64,000 nt of DNA from NCBI GenBank assembly GCA_013239625.1, contig MU053881.1:682001-746000 (forward strand), in the 5' to 3' direction. Below, piece by piece: positions 37,050 to 50,533 of the stretch. Below the pieces are notes generated by a model that saw only the letters and a list, made by a program, of their open reading frames with translations, made no database searches and was not told where the DNA came from. Source of the stretch: Lama guanicoe. Lineage: Eukaryota. How positions within the stretch are numbered: position 1 is the first letter of the stretch; each line of letters begins with the position of its first letter. The position numbers and the translations under genes are program-made.

Positions 37050-38980
37050 CACGCTACTATTGTGTTCACACCACTTCCTACACTAGATGTGTGGGTGTTT
37101 TCCCCACACCAAGCAATTCTGTGACACCAGCTGGGTGTCCTGCAATGTAACTCAATTCTGACACTAGCTACCTCGATATAGCTAGTGTCAGATCCCACAG
37201 GTAAAGGCCCAGCCTCATAAGAGTGACCCCGACTTCAGATGCTAATTGTAGTGGTGGATCCCCAGTTACCCACAGCTTCTGTCCACCTTGCTTATGTCAA
37301 CTGAAAAGAAATGCACAGCCTGAAAGTTGAGAATTATGTATTTTTTTGCAGGACTTGCTGAGGACTTAACCCTAGACGACAGCCTCCCAGATAGCTCTGA
37401 GGGACTGCTTTGAAGAGGTAAGTGGGGAGCCAGGATATACAGGAGTTCTGCAGGAAAGACCAGGTAGTTAGAACATCAAAAGACTACTATTATTGAAAGA
37501 AAATCAGACACCTCAGGATGATGAATTTAGCACTTTTCTATGTATGTGAAGATGCAAGAGTCTGGGCTCATTCAAGTCATCCCTTTGGCATGCACCTCAG
37601 CTGTCTGGGGCCAGTATTCTGTTCTTTCCCATCCTGAGTCTCCTCTGGGTGCACCACTGGGGGTGGCTGCAGTGGCTGACGGGTGGCGGGCAGTCTGTTT
37701 ATCTCCATCCTGAGTTCCCTCAGGGCTCACCATAGAGGGCTGACATTTTGATGGCCGAAACATCCTTTGTTCACTGATAAGGCAGGTGACATTCTTTGTC
37801 CACAGCTATAAATTGGAGGTTCCCATGACCTCCTCCCCCTTGATTCTATTAGTTCTAGAACAGCTTACAGAATACAGGGGAACACTTATATGTATCGGTT
37901 TATTAGACGGTATGACAAAGGATACTGGTGAACAGCCAGATGAAGGGATACACAGGGCAAGTCTGGGAGGGTTCCGTGCGTCACCCTCCCAGTATGTGGA
38001 TGTGGATGTGTTCATCAACCTGGAAGCCTTCTGTACCCAATATTTTTGCGATTTTTATGGAAGTACAAGAGAATGGTCGTGTCCCAGGTCTCGGTCGAGT
38101 CCCTAGAACATCCCCTGCCAAGTAAGAGTCCTTGGCTTCACACAGGAAAGAATTTAAGAGCAAGCAATAGTAGAGTGGAGGTAGATTTATTCAGAGGTGT
38201 ACACTCCATAGACAGAGTGTAGGCGGTCTTGGAAGGCCAGAGAGGCTATGAGGCATGGGGGTGGTTAAAGTAAAAGTAGATACACACTCCGTAGACCGAG
38301 TGTGGCCTGTCTTAGAAGGTCAGAGAGAGTGACCATGCGGTGCGGGATTAGTTTTTATGCGCTCAGTGATTTCACATGCTAGCAAGGGGGAGGATTGTTC
38401 CAGCTACTTCAGGGAAGGGGTTCCCAGGACTTGGGCCTCCACCCACGTTTTGACCTTTTATGGTCAACCCTCAAGCTGTGATGGCACCTATGGGAGGACC
38501 ATTTAGCATGCTATTGTATTGCAGTGAGCGTATAATGAAGCTCAAGGTCTACTGGGAGTTGACTCTTCCGCCATCTTGGTGCTAATTGCTGTGTCATTCT
38601 TTTAATGGTTGTGCCCTGCCCTCTTCCCTCCTGTCTCAGAAACACGATCAATCAATAACACTATTTCCAGTCCCTCCCCCTCTCTGGAGAATGGGGGAGC
38701 TGGGGTGAAAGTTCCAAGTGTCCAGTCATGGTCTGGTCTTTCTGAACAGACACCATCCAGTAGCCCACCATGAGTCACTACATTAGACTGAAAGACACTG
38801 CTATCACTCAGGAAATTCCAAGGGATTTAGAAACTCTGTCAGGGACAGGAGTCAGAGACCAAAAATTAGAACAAGAGATGTGCCTAGTGCTCTTAACATG
38901 TAGGATATTACAAGGGTTTTAGGATCTCTGTGCCCAGAACCGGGGGCAGAGACCAATGTGCATATTCTCTATTATCTGAC
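37050..38980. mobile_element. MER21-like ERV LTR containing two nested younger LTRs (37295-37804 and ~38062-38638)
   Basis: Host sequence resumes after each insert. The first insert has TG...CA termini and is homologous to 54362-54858. Confidence 0.65.
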
Positions 38981-40250
38981 AATACCAATAGAGGAGAAGG
39001 AAGACCTCTTGGTTACTTTTTACGGTAGAATGACAAGGGCTGACTGATAAGTATGACGTGAGCACTAGTGTTGGAAAAGCATAATTTGGCAACCATCATG
39101 GTAAAGATTGGATTAGGCAAGAATCATCAATAGATGCTAAATTTAGGGGGGAATTTTGAGGAACAGGACATTTAAATGGTTGTAAAGTATTTGCCCACAG
39201 TAGAGAAGGTTCCTTTGCAATATTTAAGCACAATACCTGTCCCTAGATGGAATCCTCTATGGGAGGAAAAAAAATGCTATAAAGGACATTATTAGTAAAC
39301 TGACAAAACTGAAATATGGATGGCTGATTAAAGTATTACATCGACATAAATTAGTAAGGCTGGTAAGAGAACACATACTGAAGTGTTTAGGGGCAAAGGA
39401 CTATGAGGTATCCAAATGGTTCAGAAATGATAAAGGAAATGGGGTAAAATGTTGAGTGTAGGGGAGTCTGGATAAAGGGTATACAGGTGTTCCTTGCACC
39501 ATTTTTAAACTTACAACTTAAAACAAAAGCCAGGCTCTCCCTATTCAAGACAATTGTTCAGAGTCTATTTTGAAAGTTAAAAGCCCCCCACATAGTTCTG
39601 CTTTCTGCAGAAAGCCTCAGATTTCATTTAAATGATAACAAGAATCTGTGTAAAAAGGCATCATTCAGGACAAACCACACATGGGCTGATCAAAACATCA
39701 ACTCACCACACCTTCTTGTTTAAATGCCTATAAACATAAACCTACCACATATTCATTTGATTATAACTGTCTTACAAATATAAAACCATAATACATTTAT
39801 AAATTACCCATAAAACAAAAAATTCAAATTAACATTTAAATAGGCCAACCAGGAGAATGTTTTTCTGCTGAAAACAAGTGCTATTTGACCTGTGAGCTGC
39901 TCCTAATGCCCTGAGGCAGATGTTTTGGCGTTCAGCTGGCACACCCTCTGTGCTGTGCCACGATGCACGTTCTCAGTCCACTTTTCACTCTTCTGGATAC
40001 TTTGAAATCTTCCATTCACAGTAGAACTTAGTGCTCCCACACCTGTTTGCCTTCCCCTCTGTTGGCCACCACCACTCAAAGTCAGGTGCAGACTCTCAGA
40101 TCCTGTGGTGCTTCCTGATTATGAGCTGGTTATCCAGAGCAGACAGAACATCATCAACACTTTTTTTTTCAGTTGTTTTAAAAATTAGAACAGAAAATAT
40201 AAACATTTTCCATAGAGTATTGAAGATTCCAAAGAACAGGCATGTAACTA

Positions 40251-40519
40251 ATTTTTAAAAAAATTTTTTATTGAGTTAGTTTACAATGTTGTATCAGTTT
40301 CTGGTGTACAGCACAATTCTTCAGTCATACATGAATATACATATATTCATTTTCATATTCTTTTTCACCATAGCTACTACAAAATATTGAATATAGTTCC
40401 CTGTGCTATACAGTATAAACTTATTTATCTATTTTGTGTGTACCAGGCAGTATCTGCAAATCTCAAACTCCCAGTTTATCCCTTCCCACCCTCCCCACTG
40501 GTAACCACAAGTCTGTATT
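40251..40519 (-). mobile_element. LINE-1 3' end fragment
   Basis: Similar to the 3' UTR of the L1 copies at 55-57 kb. TSD catgtaacta at 40241-40250 and 40520-40529. Confidence 0.85.
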
Positions 40520-40777
40520 CATGTAACTACTTTTAAGGCACAATGGCTTGGGAGCAGCTTGGGGAAGAGAGAGAGGGATAGCAACCTCTAGATCGTTACT
40601 ACAGTCACCTCTTCTGCTACATCCCACCCGACTGCGGTTGCCACCAAGCCCAGGATGAAGCCTGAAGGAGAAGCTAAAGAAGAAGTCCAAGGGAAGGCTG
40701 ACCCAGGGGATGGGCAACCCTTCCTGCTAAAGTTGATTCTCCAAAAAAAGGTGCCCTACAGAAAATGGATGTGCCAA

Positions 40778-40917
40778 GGGGGAGGGTATAGCTCGTGGTA
40801 GAGCACATGCTCAGCATGCAGGCGGTCCTGGGTTCAATCCCCAGTACCTCCTCTAAAAATAAATAATAAAATCTAATTACCTCTCCCTGCCCCCCAAATT
40901 AATTAAATTAAAAACAA
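40778..40917 (+). mobile_element. tRNA-Ala-derived SINE inserted in the HMGN2 pseudogene
   Basis: Same consensus as the other copies. TSD agaaaatgg(at/gc)gtgc at 40760-40774 and 40918-40932. Confidence 0.9.
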
Positions 40918-42099
40918 AGAAAATGGGCGTGCTGGATGAAGTGTGTGCATTTTCTTTTTTTTTTTAGTAAAAGTGGATTTTTTTCATGAAAAAGTAAAGT
41001 TTTTTTTCATTTTTCAGTTTTACTAGGTAGAATTGTTACAATTTAACTGCACACATACAATGTATTGCATATAAATATATATACACAATATATTGCACAT
41101 TAAAAGATGTACATATTTGTACTGTTCATTGTTTCTAAGAATGTTTAGAACTTTAGCTTTTTAAACTTACAGAGTTATCAAAAGAATAAAGCCAACCACA
41201 AAATAAGAATTAATTCAAAAAGATACATACTTCCCCCTCCCCCACTATTAACAGCAACATTATTTACAGTGGCCAAGATACGGAAGCATCCCAGGTGCAC
41301 ATCAATAGATGAATGGATACAGAAGATGCAGCATATATATAAAAGCAGATTTATTTAGAGAGATGTACATGGAGGTAGGGGTGGTGGTGGTTACAGTAAA
41401 GGTTAAAGTAAAGGTAGATACACACTCCATAGATGGAGCTTGGACTGTCTCGGAAGGCAAGACAGTGACTTCATGTGATTTTTTATCCCTGTGTTCTTCC
41501 TGTGTTCTGTACCATTTGAATTACTGTTTTTATCAGGTTTTATACATACGCAGAATTTTGGCTCTTTTTGAAAAAGAGCTATATTAGTTCAGAGAATGCC
41601 TCATTGTTTCAGGGAAGGGAAATACCACTGACAGAATATTTTAGAGACTAGACTGAAATGGTCATGAGCGTAAAAAAGATTTTGCTTCCGTGGTTTTGGC
41701 AGTATTCCTCATGGTTGCCAAGAGGAGGGCTCCACTGACATTCACAGCCACCGTGACATCTGTCTGGGGCGTGAGGAGATGAAAATTCTTTTTGAGGTCC
41801 TCCTCTCCTTTCCTCTGTGCCATCAGAATGAACTTTATGTCCTTAAACTCAGACTTGTTGGGACCTGCAGGCCTCTCCGCACAAGCTCCAAATCTGGTCT
41901 TTACAATGACTTTGAGAAGGAGTCCCTCAAAGGAGCCAGAAACCATTTTTTTTTTAATTGTGAATCTTTAAATTCTACAGTTTTCATTAAATTTTCTCAA
42001 AATCAAGACCTGCTTATGAAAGGAGTTAACATGTTAAGTGGGAACTGTTCCTCCTCTAAACTTTTCCTGTTCCAATCATCAAATAAAGACTTCCCTGGG

Positions 42100-42241
42100 C
42101 ACGGGGAACTGTTGTCAATATCTTGTAATAACCTATGATGATAAAGAATATGAAAAAGAATACGTGTATCCATAACTAAATCAAAAATGCTGTACCCCAG
42201 ATTAACAGCATTGTAAATCAACTATACTTCAATTAAAAAAA
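42100..42241 (+). mobile_element. Short LINE-1 3' end inserted in the HMGN2 pseudogene 3' UTR
   Basis: ...ttgtaaatcaactatacttcaatt followed by poly(A). TSD aaagacttcc(c/t)tggg at 42085-42099 and 42242-42256. Confidence 0.85.
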
Positions 42242-42589
42242 AAAGACTTCCTTGGGTTTTGTAGCTTTTCCTTTTTTGTCATCTGTGGAAATAAGGGAAA
42301 TTGAAACTTGTTGAATATCATTCCTGACAATCACCCAGGACTTTCCAGAGATGTCATGGTTGTGACTGATGATTAGCTTTAATAACAGAGACACAATTTA
42401 GGGGTAGGGGGAAGAGACTGAGGGAGACAGGGTGAATGAGTGCTTGGCTGGGTTATGTTTCACAACCTTCTGAGGGCTGACTCAAGCTTAGCCTCATGAT
42501 AAGAAGAGAGTTTTGAACAGTGAGCATAAGGGTTTATTTGTGGAAACTGACATTCTAATTCTAAAATTAGGTTAGAAATTCAATTACAT

Positions 42590-44020
42590 GGAATTGAAAC
42601 ATGAAAATTCCAAGGACCTAGAAAACCAAAACAACATCAAAAGAATATTGTTGGAAGGTTTACACTACCAGATGAAGACTCACTGTAAGCCACAATAATT
42701 TTAAAAATACGGTATTGGTTCGAGAATAAAAAGACCAATGGAAGAGAATAGATAGCCCAGAAATAGTCACATATGCAGTCACATGATGAGCAACAAAGAC
42801 ACAACAGCAAATAGCAGGGAAAGGCACGTCTTCTATAAATGGTGCTGTGTCAACTTGACATCTACATGAGAAAGAGCTATCAACAAAACTAACTCAAAAT
42901 GTAAGGTTAAAGCTGTGAAACTTCTAGTTTGGCAAAGCATTCTTTTTTTTTTGGTGGGGGGAGGTAATTAGGTTTATTTATTCTTAGAGGAGGTACTAGG
43001 GATTGAACCCAGGACCTCATGCATGCTAAGTATGTGCTCTACCACTTGAGCTACACCCTCCCCCTGCATTCTTAAATATACATGAAAAGCATGAGCCTCA
43101 AAGCTAAAAAATGATAAACTGGCTATTAAAATGAAACACTTTTGCTTTAATAGGCAAGCCACAGACTGGGGAAAAAATATTTGCAAAACATATCTGATAA
43201 AGGACTTTTATCTAGTGGTAAAGAACTCCTTCTATTCAACAAGACAAACAATCCAGTAAAAAAAAGGTGGGGAAGGGGCGGCAAAAGACCTGAACAACCC
43301 AACAATGAGGGTAACAAGCGCGTGAGAAGACACTCGTCATTAGCCATTAGAGGAACAGAATCAAACTGCAATTTAGACACACTCACTAGAATGACTAGAA
43401 GTAAAAAGGTTTACGATACTACGTGTTGGCAAGTTTGTGGAGGAACCGGAACAGAAACTTCACTGCTGGTGGGGATGCTGTACGACCATTTTGGAAAAAG
43501 CTTAGTAGCTTCATAAAAAGGTAAACACACACCTACCATATGACCCAGTCATTCCACTCCTGGGTATTTATTCAAGAGAAACTAAAGCGTGTGGCCACAC
43601 AAAGACTTGTACGCAGATGTTCACAGCAGCTGGATGTGTGACAGCCCCCCAAACGGAAACAACCCACATTTCCATCAACAGGTGGATGGAAAAACAAATT
43701 GTGGTATTCCCATACAATATGGAGTACTACCCACCAAAAAAGGACCGAATTGTAGATAAATGCAACAACACGAATGAATTTCAACTTAAAATAACTATGC
43801 TGTAAGAAGCCAGTGTAAAAAATGTTTACGAAATCTGTATAAGGTTCTAGAAAATGCATCCAGTGATGGGAGCAGAGGAACCTTCTGAAGGTAATGGATA
43901 GCTTCATTATTGTGACTTTGGTAATGATTTCTTCCATCAAATGATCAAAACATGTCAAAATTATACACTGTAAATATGTGTAGTTTAGTGTGTCAATTAT
44001 GCCTCTATAAAGCTGTTAAA
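42590..44020 (+). mobile_element. Old LINE-1 3' portion interrupted by a SINE
   Basis: agaccaatggaagagaatagatagcccagaaatag, catatgacccagtcattccactcctgggtattta and other L1 ORF2-end motifs. Confidence 0.7.
42945..43064 (-). mobile_element. tRNA-Ala-derived SINE
   Basis: Same consensus, reversed. TSD gcattctt at 42937-42944 and 43066-43073. Confidence 0.9.
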
Positions 44021-45117
44021 GAAAAAAGTTTCCCAGGAGGTGGCACTACCAGGTGGCTTTCCTAACCCCTTCTAGAGCCATCAGGAGGCTGGATTAACTG
44101 GAAGGCCCTGCAAGAAGCCTTTGGTGTCAGGAAAGGCAAGTAGAGGTGATGGAAATTGTCTGGGTGTGGCTGGCAGGTAGGGCTGTCTTCATCTCCTTCC
44201 ACGGCCTCAACCCATGGCACTTGTCCTTCAGACAAGCCCCTATCTTCTTGCCTCTAGCAGGTAGCCAGGGTCTCCTTATCATTCAGGTCCTAGTATGAAC
44301 ACCAAGTGCTTTCCCCGAGCACCAGGCCTAAATTGGATCCTAGCCTTCACCTTGTCCTGAACTCACTTTTTATATTTCTCTATTTCCTTCATTACATGTA
44401 TCACAATCAGAAATTCTTATTAGCTATTTCCTTTCATTTTTGTTATCTGTTCTCGTCCTCCCTCCTCTATGCTGTTGGCACTCCACGGATTCCCTTTTAC
44501 CGGGGGTGCACTCACCCCACAGGCGCCTTAAGTGTTGGCTGACAACTCATAGCTGCCCCTGCCAATGACTGAAGTGAGGGGTGGGTGGGGGAAGGGAAGG
44601 GCGCAAAAGAATGGCTCCCTTGCGGTAAGAAGAGAGGGCTCTGTGGTGCGATTTCTGCAGCTCCCTGTGAGCTCCTGCGGGGGCTGGTCTCCAGCTCCAG
44701 GCCACATTCTTGTTTAGCTTTAGCTTTTTTCCCTGCCTTGTCCTGCTTCGCTGACTCTCTTCTCCCAAAACACTTCCCCAGTAAACCCCTCCTACAAAAA
44801 TTCTCATCTCAGCCTGTGCTTGTGGTTTCCTGACCCATGACACCCCAGTTAGCTTCATGAGGGACTATTCTGTTCACTCTCCTAGAACAAATTCCTGTCT
44901 CAGGCTCTGTTTATGACCTTCTCCCGCCAAAAACGGTAGCTTGATGAGGGACTGTCTTCGCCACCTCCCTAGAACAGAGCCTAGAACTCAGTAGGTTCTC
45001 AGTAAGTATGCTGAATGAATACCGGGGAGAGCCCAGAGGTCTGTTTTATAGCTTAGCTGACCTGGCCTAGAGGCATTGTGAGTCATAGCTGGTAAACAGC
45101 AACTGAGTGGTTCAGAG

Positions 45118-45167
45118 ATGGGGCCAGGCCTGGGACAGCAGCTTGGCATCTCCAATACATCCTCCAG
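45118..45167 (+). CDS. CBY3: Chibby family member 3, probable coding exon 1 (MGPGLGQQLGISNTSS, phase 2)
   Basis: Strong Kozak gagATGg and strong donor CAG|GTGAGG at 45168. Phase 2 matches the acceptor at 46387-46388, giving a 241-aa ORF. Confidence 0.65.
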
Positions 45168-46311
45168 GTGAGGCACAATATGTAGGATTATCGGGGAAGG
45201 GGCCTGTGGAAACATGCAACCTCAGGGGTGGGCTTAGTTGCACCTCTTGGACTCTGTGTGGTCTTCCAGAGACATATCCCTGAGCCAGATCTAGGGGCAG
45301 AACTGCCCAGCTATGTGTGAGGAATAAGTGTGTGTTGAATTAACGGAGGCATGACAGAGGGGACTCTGCCCCAGGGTTCTTTCCGTTTTTACTCTCCATG
45401 AGAAGAGGAATTTGAAAGCAAGCGTACAATCCTCTTTCTCACCAGTCACTTACAGGAGTGGGGGGAGAAAGAGAATGGGACATATCTGTTATTTGGACTT
45501 TAGTTTCTTTAAGCATGCAGTCCACCTGGGACAAAAGCCGTGTCTAGTCTGCACCACCCGTCAGCACAAGCCATAAGCACAGGTCCTAGCCTATGCAACA
45601 GGCCCCTAGGCTGATCTACACACACATATCTGGCTTCCCAGCTGTAGCAGGAGCATCCCGAGGGTAGGCACAGGCTGTGCTGAGACCCTCTGCCCAGACG
45701 AGGGCCTGGCACAGAACAGGTGACAGTTCAAGGTTGTAAAATAAGTTCATGAGGAGGGCAGTAATGCTGCTGGATAGTCCAGACATCCCACCAGATACAC
45801 TTTCAGAATGCAAATCTAGCCTGTCTTTGCAGTCCTTGAGTAGCGCCCTGTTACCCACAGAAGGAGGGCTAAACTTTTAAGCCTGCCTATACGGGGCCCT
45901 CATAGTGCCCTCGTCCCCCTTTCCAGCTTCCTCTTCTGCTATTCCCAGCTGGATACCTTATACTAACCCCACCCCAAGCTCTTCTTCACGTGCGATGCTT
46001 GCCTAGCTCTTCACTCTGCCTAGAGGCTCTCCCTTATCCCACCCTCAATCTACCTGTCAAATTCCTGTGCGTTTTTAAAGTACCTACTTGTCTCTGCTAT
46101 CATTCCCTTCTCCCTGGCCCCTAACTCCTTCCGGCAGTCACCCAGCACTCAGAGCAGGGTTCTGGTCCTTCACCTGTACATCTATCCCCAAGGCCTGACA
46201 CAGAGTGATCTTTGGGGGAGGTGGTTTAGGGGAGACTCCTGTTAATTCGAGTGTGCAGGGACTGGCTCCTCGGAGGCCAGCAACTGGTTAGCCTCGTGCG
46301 CGCAGTCCTGA

Positions 46312-47064
<753 letters not shown>

Positions 47065-47067
47065 CGC

Positions 47068-47073
47068 AATAAA
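47068..47073 (+). terminator. CBY3: CBY3 polyadenylation signal
   Basis: AATAAA 3 nt after the stop codon. Confidence 0.75.
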
Positions 47074-50000
47074 CCGTGCGGCGCACGCGCACCTCGCTCG
47101 TCGCCGCGGGCCGGGCGCGGTGGTGCGGCCCCGCGCGGGTCCGGCCCGCACTGGGCTCGGGGCGGGTGTGCGGCGCGCTGCGCGCCTGTGGGGACCCTCA
47201 CTCCCGGCCCGGGGTGGGCGGACGACTCTGCCCGTCTCGGGAGGGAGCGATGGGATGGGGCCGTGGGGGAAGATCTGTTTGCGGCCCGCTGGGAACGCGG
47301 AGTGGGAACCAGGCTGCAGCAGCCAGTGCCCGGGGGACGGGGATGGCCGGCGATGACAGGCAGTGGCAGCAGCGGCATCCTTGGCCCGCGGGACGGAGGG
47401 CAAAGTCCGGAGGCGAGGAAGCCGGCGCTCAGGAATGGAGGGCGCTGTGAGGCGGGCGGGGTGGGTCCTTGCACTGGGCGCTCTAGTTCTTGAGCTCGCG
47501 GGAGGGGTTTCAGCCTGAGTCCAGGATAAGGTGTGTTTTACAACCTAGGAACTTCCCCGAAAGCTTCCTCGAAACTTTGGGCTCTGCCTCCCCCTCTTGG
47601 CTGTGCGGCTTTTGGCGAGTCGCTTCTCTTTACAGGCTTCCTTTTCCTCAGTGTAGAATCAAGGGTCTGTCCGACCCGGGGTGCAAAACAAGCACTCTCC
47701 AGGGCTAGTCCTGTGCACAGATAGGATTTGCTTGACCCACGTTATTTTGCAATTTTGCATTTAGTTGCCAACATTCAAGAATTTGGAGATTTAACATTAA
47801 GAATCCAAGTTTTCAGTGTTCTCTTGAAAAACCAGAAGTCAGCCGCTCTGGACCTTTGTTGTTTCCAGCAGCAGTTGCCTGAATTTTGGCTGTCACCTCC
47901 TGATCAGCTTCATTCCTTTTCTCCTGCAGGTGTCTGATCGGGATCTCCTTTCAGACCCCTCCTAGATCAGTGTTCTCTCCTGGGATATGGGGAACCGGCT
48001 CCCCACCCCCAAGGTGTTATATAAGATACCTTGGGGGCCTATGAGTGATGTGGCTGCACAGGAAAGGTGATGCCACTGATCCTTGCAGTCTGCAACCTTT
48101 CCCTGGAATGTGGACAGGCCATTTCAGCATACAGTGAAACTTGAGTCCGATAGGATTACCCATTTTCCTAGAGCCCTGTGAAACCTGTGACCGAAGTTGG
48201 TGTCCTGCCTCAGCCTACCTCGCTTTCAGGAGAGGGACTAGGGATTACTAAACCACTACCCTGTATAAAAATGCGGCCTTATTCATTAAATCAGCAAAAC
48301 AGCACAGAACATATCATTAAACACGAAGCTTAAAAACTTTTCTTTTGAGCAGTGCTCTTTTGTGTCTTAATAGTTCTGTATTTATATTAACATAGATTAA
48401 AATAGTTTAAATAGTTGTAATAGTGAAATAAAATTTCCGTTTAGAATGACTAAGAAAATAAATCATATACAGAAAAGGAAATGAGAAGGAAACAATACAC
48501 TAGGAAAAAACACAGAAGTCACTGATGGAGAAATTACGCTAAGTGAAAGAAGTCAGATGCAAAAGACCACACATTCATAGAGCCAGAAAGCAGATTGGTG
48601 GTTACCAGGAGCTGGGGGAGTAGGGAAGAGGGAGAGACTAATTAACAGGAACAGGGTTTCCTTGGGGGTTGATGAAAACTCTTTTGCAACTCTAGTGGTG
48701 TTGGTTGCACAATGTGAATGCTCCAAAAGCCACTGAAGTGTACACTTCAAAGTAGTCAATTTTATGTTATGTGAATTTTACCACAGTAAAAAAATTGTTT
48801 TAAGGAAGAAAGTCCTTTTTATTAAAACATAAAAACTATATGGTATGGGGAGATAGCAAAAATCATAAAGGTGATCCAAGAGTGCCTAAAGTTTAGGGAC
48901 TGTTGCCTTGGTCTGGGCACCTGCAAACAAACAGTTCTGATACAGAGAAAAGTAACTGCCCTGCCAGATCAGCAGCAGACAGGGAGCCCCATGTTTAGGG
49001 AGGGACATCAAAGTGGATAAAAGACCCAAATTAAATGGGGCAGGATGATATTTTGAGGTATGTCTTTGTTCTCTCGGCTCTGGAATTTTGCCTCCTGACT
49101 GAGGCAGCAAGCTCGTTGCCCCACGGGGAGGATGTGACAGAGCGGAAAGCAGGAACAAAAGACTCTTTGTGGCTTTCACCTTCTACAGCTCAGAACCTTC
49201 TGGCGAACAGAGCTTTGCAAAAATATTTTTGGGGCTTGAGGACGGAGGTCAAAAAGGCTGTAGATGGGTCTGCAGCAAGAAGGGAGATGAAGGGAAATGG
49301 AAGTAGAGCTCCTGGTAGGTCTCCCATCTTGGAAAAAAGTCCTTTCTTGACCCTACGTTACCTTCCAGTCACTTCCCAGATTCTCTGCTTCTTTTTATAA
49401 CTAAACTCCAAAAAGTTGCTTATACTCACTGTCTTCATTCCTCCCCTCCTTCTTTACTCTGAATTCCCCTCAGGTCTGGGTTTCTCCCCTGCAGTTCCCC
49501 CAGCTTGCTCTTTTCAGGGATGCTCCTGACCTCTAGTGTTGCCAAGTCCTTTGGCCAAAAGATATGAAAGCAGCTGTAATTACAAGGCTTATGGAGGTGG
49601 TTAACTTTTCTGAACTGCCTTAGAAGCCCTGAAGAAAGAATGAAAGGCTCTTCTCCCACACGACTCATGGCATGATGTGTAAGCCAGAAAGTCTTCGAAG
49701 ACAACATATAAAGAAATGCTCACTTCTGCGGCCAGCAAACAGAGTGTGCTGAAAACGAGGCCCAGGATTTAATCCTGAAGGCAGCAGAGCTGCAGAGGAG
49801 ACCTGTGCGTCCTTGACGATTTTCCTGAACTGAAGTTGTGGCTTTTAAACGGAAGGAATGGGACCATAGGGCTTGGCGTGGGGCTGTTTGGGTGGCTATA
49901 CCTAGGAACCCTGAGCACCCAGAGCCCCTGAATTCTTCAGACCAGCAGCAGCTGCCTCCTTCCCTTGATAGAAAAGAATAGCGTTACTTTTCCTGGAGAC

Positions 50001-50418
50001 AATGCAAAGACTCTCACCTGACACGGGCGTCATAGAATAATGCTAACCTTCTGAAGACCCACCTCTTACTGCCTCTAGACCAGTAACTAGGATGAGTTAC
50101 TCCCATAGCCTAAGCAGTGAACACAGTCCCTAGTCTAGGAGGAAAGAGCTTGAGGACCCAAAAGGATGCAGGACCTGTCTGATAGCAGGACCTCTGGGGG
50201 GACTGATGGGGGTGGGGTATAGAAAACTGGGTAGGAAGTTGATTGCTATGGGAATATTTCCCATGACTCAAGACTGAGGGTCCTGCCAAGAACACCCGGA
50301 GTTTGTCCTAATGTGCTACCAGATGACTCTGGAAGCTTGGCCACGATGGGGGCCCTTGGTCAGTGAGCTGGAGATGCCAGAATTGCCCTGGCTGAGTTTA
50401 AAGAAGGAGTCTGAGTCA

Positions 50419-50533
50419 GGGAGGGTAGAGCTCAGTGGTAGAGCGCATGCTTAGCATGCACAAGGTCCTGGGTTCAATCCCCAGTACCTCCATTAAAATA
50501 AATAAATAAATCGAATTGTCCCCCCTCCCCAAA
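50419..50533 (+). mobile_element. tRNA-Ala-derived SINE with a near-intact tRNA-like head
   Basis: gggagggtagagctcagtggtagagcgcatgcttagcatgcacaaggtcctgggttcaatccccagtacctcca followed by a (taaa)n tail. Confidence 0.9.

Larger units (their letters stand above)
40570..42400 (+). pseudogene. HMGN2: Processed pseudogene of the HMGN2 family (decayed, interrupted by at least three later insertions)
   Basis: gccacc-AAG-CCC-AGG-ATG-AAG-CCT-GAA-GGA-GAA-GCT-AAA resembles MPKRKAEGDAK with the ATG mutated. cct-aca-gaa-aat-gga (PAENG-like). TGAagtgtgtgcattt resembles the stop and 3' UTR start. 41475-42400 follows the HMGN2 3' UTR as I recall it (e.g. ctctaaacttttcctgttc...aagacttc...tgggtttt...ctttaataac). 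Confidence 0.8.

Noticed and set aside
50419..50492. Apparent tRNA-Ala(AGC) gene
   Set aside because: It has a mismatched acceptor stem, an altered base at the U8 position and an AT-rich SINE tail rather than a Pol III terminator. Seven related copies occur in the window, several with TSDs, so it is a SINE.
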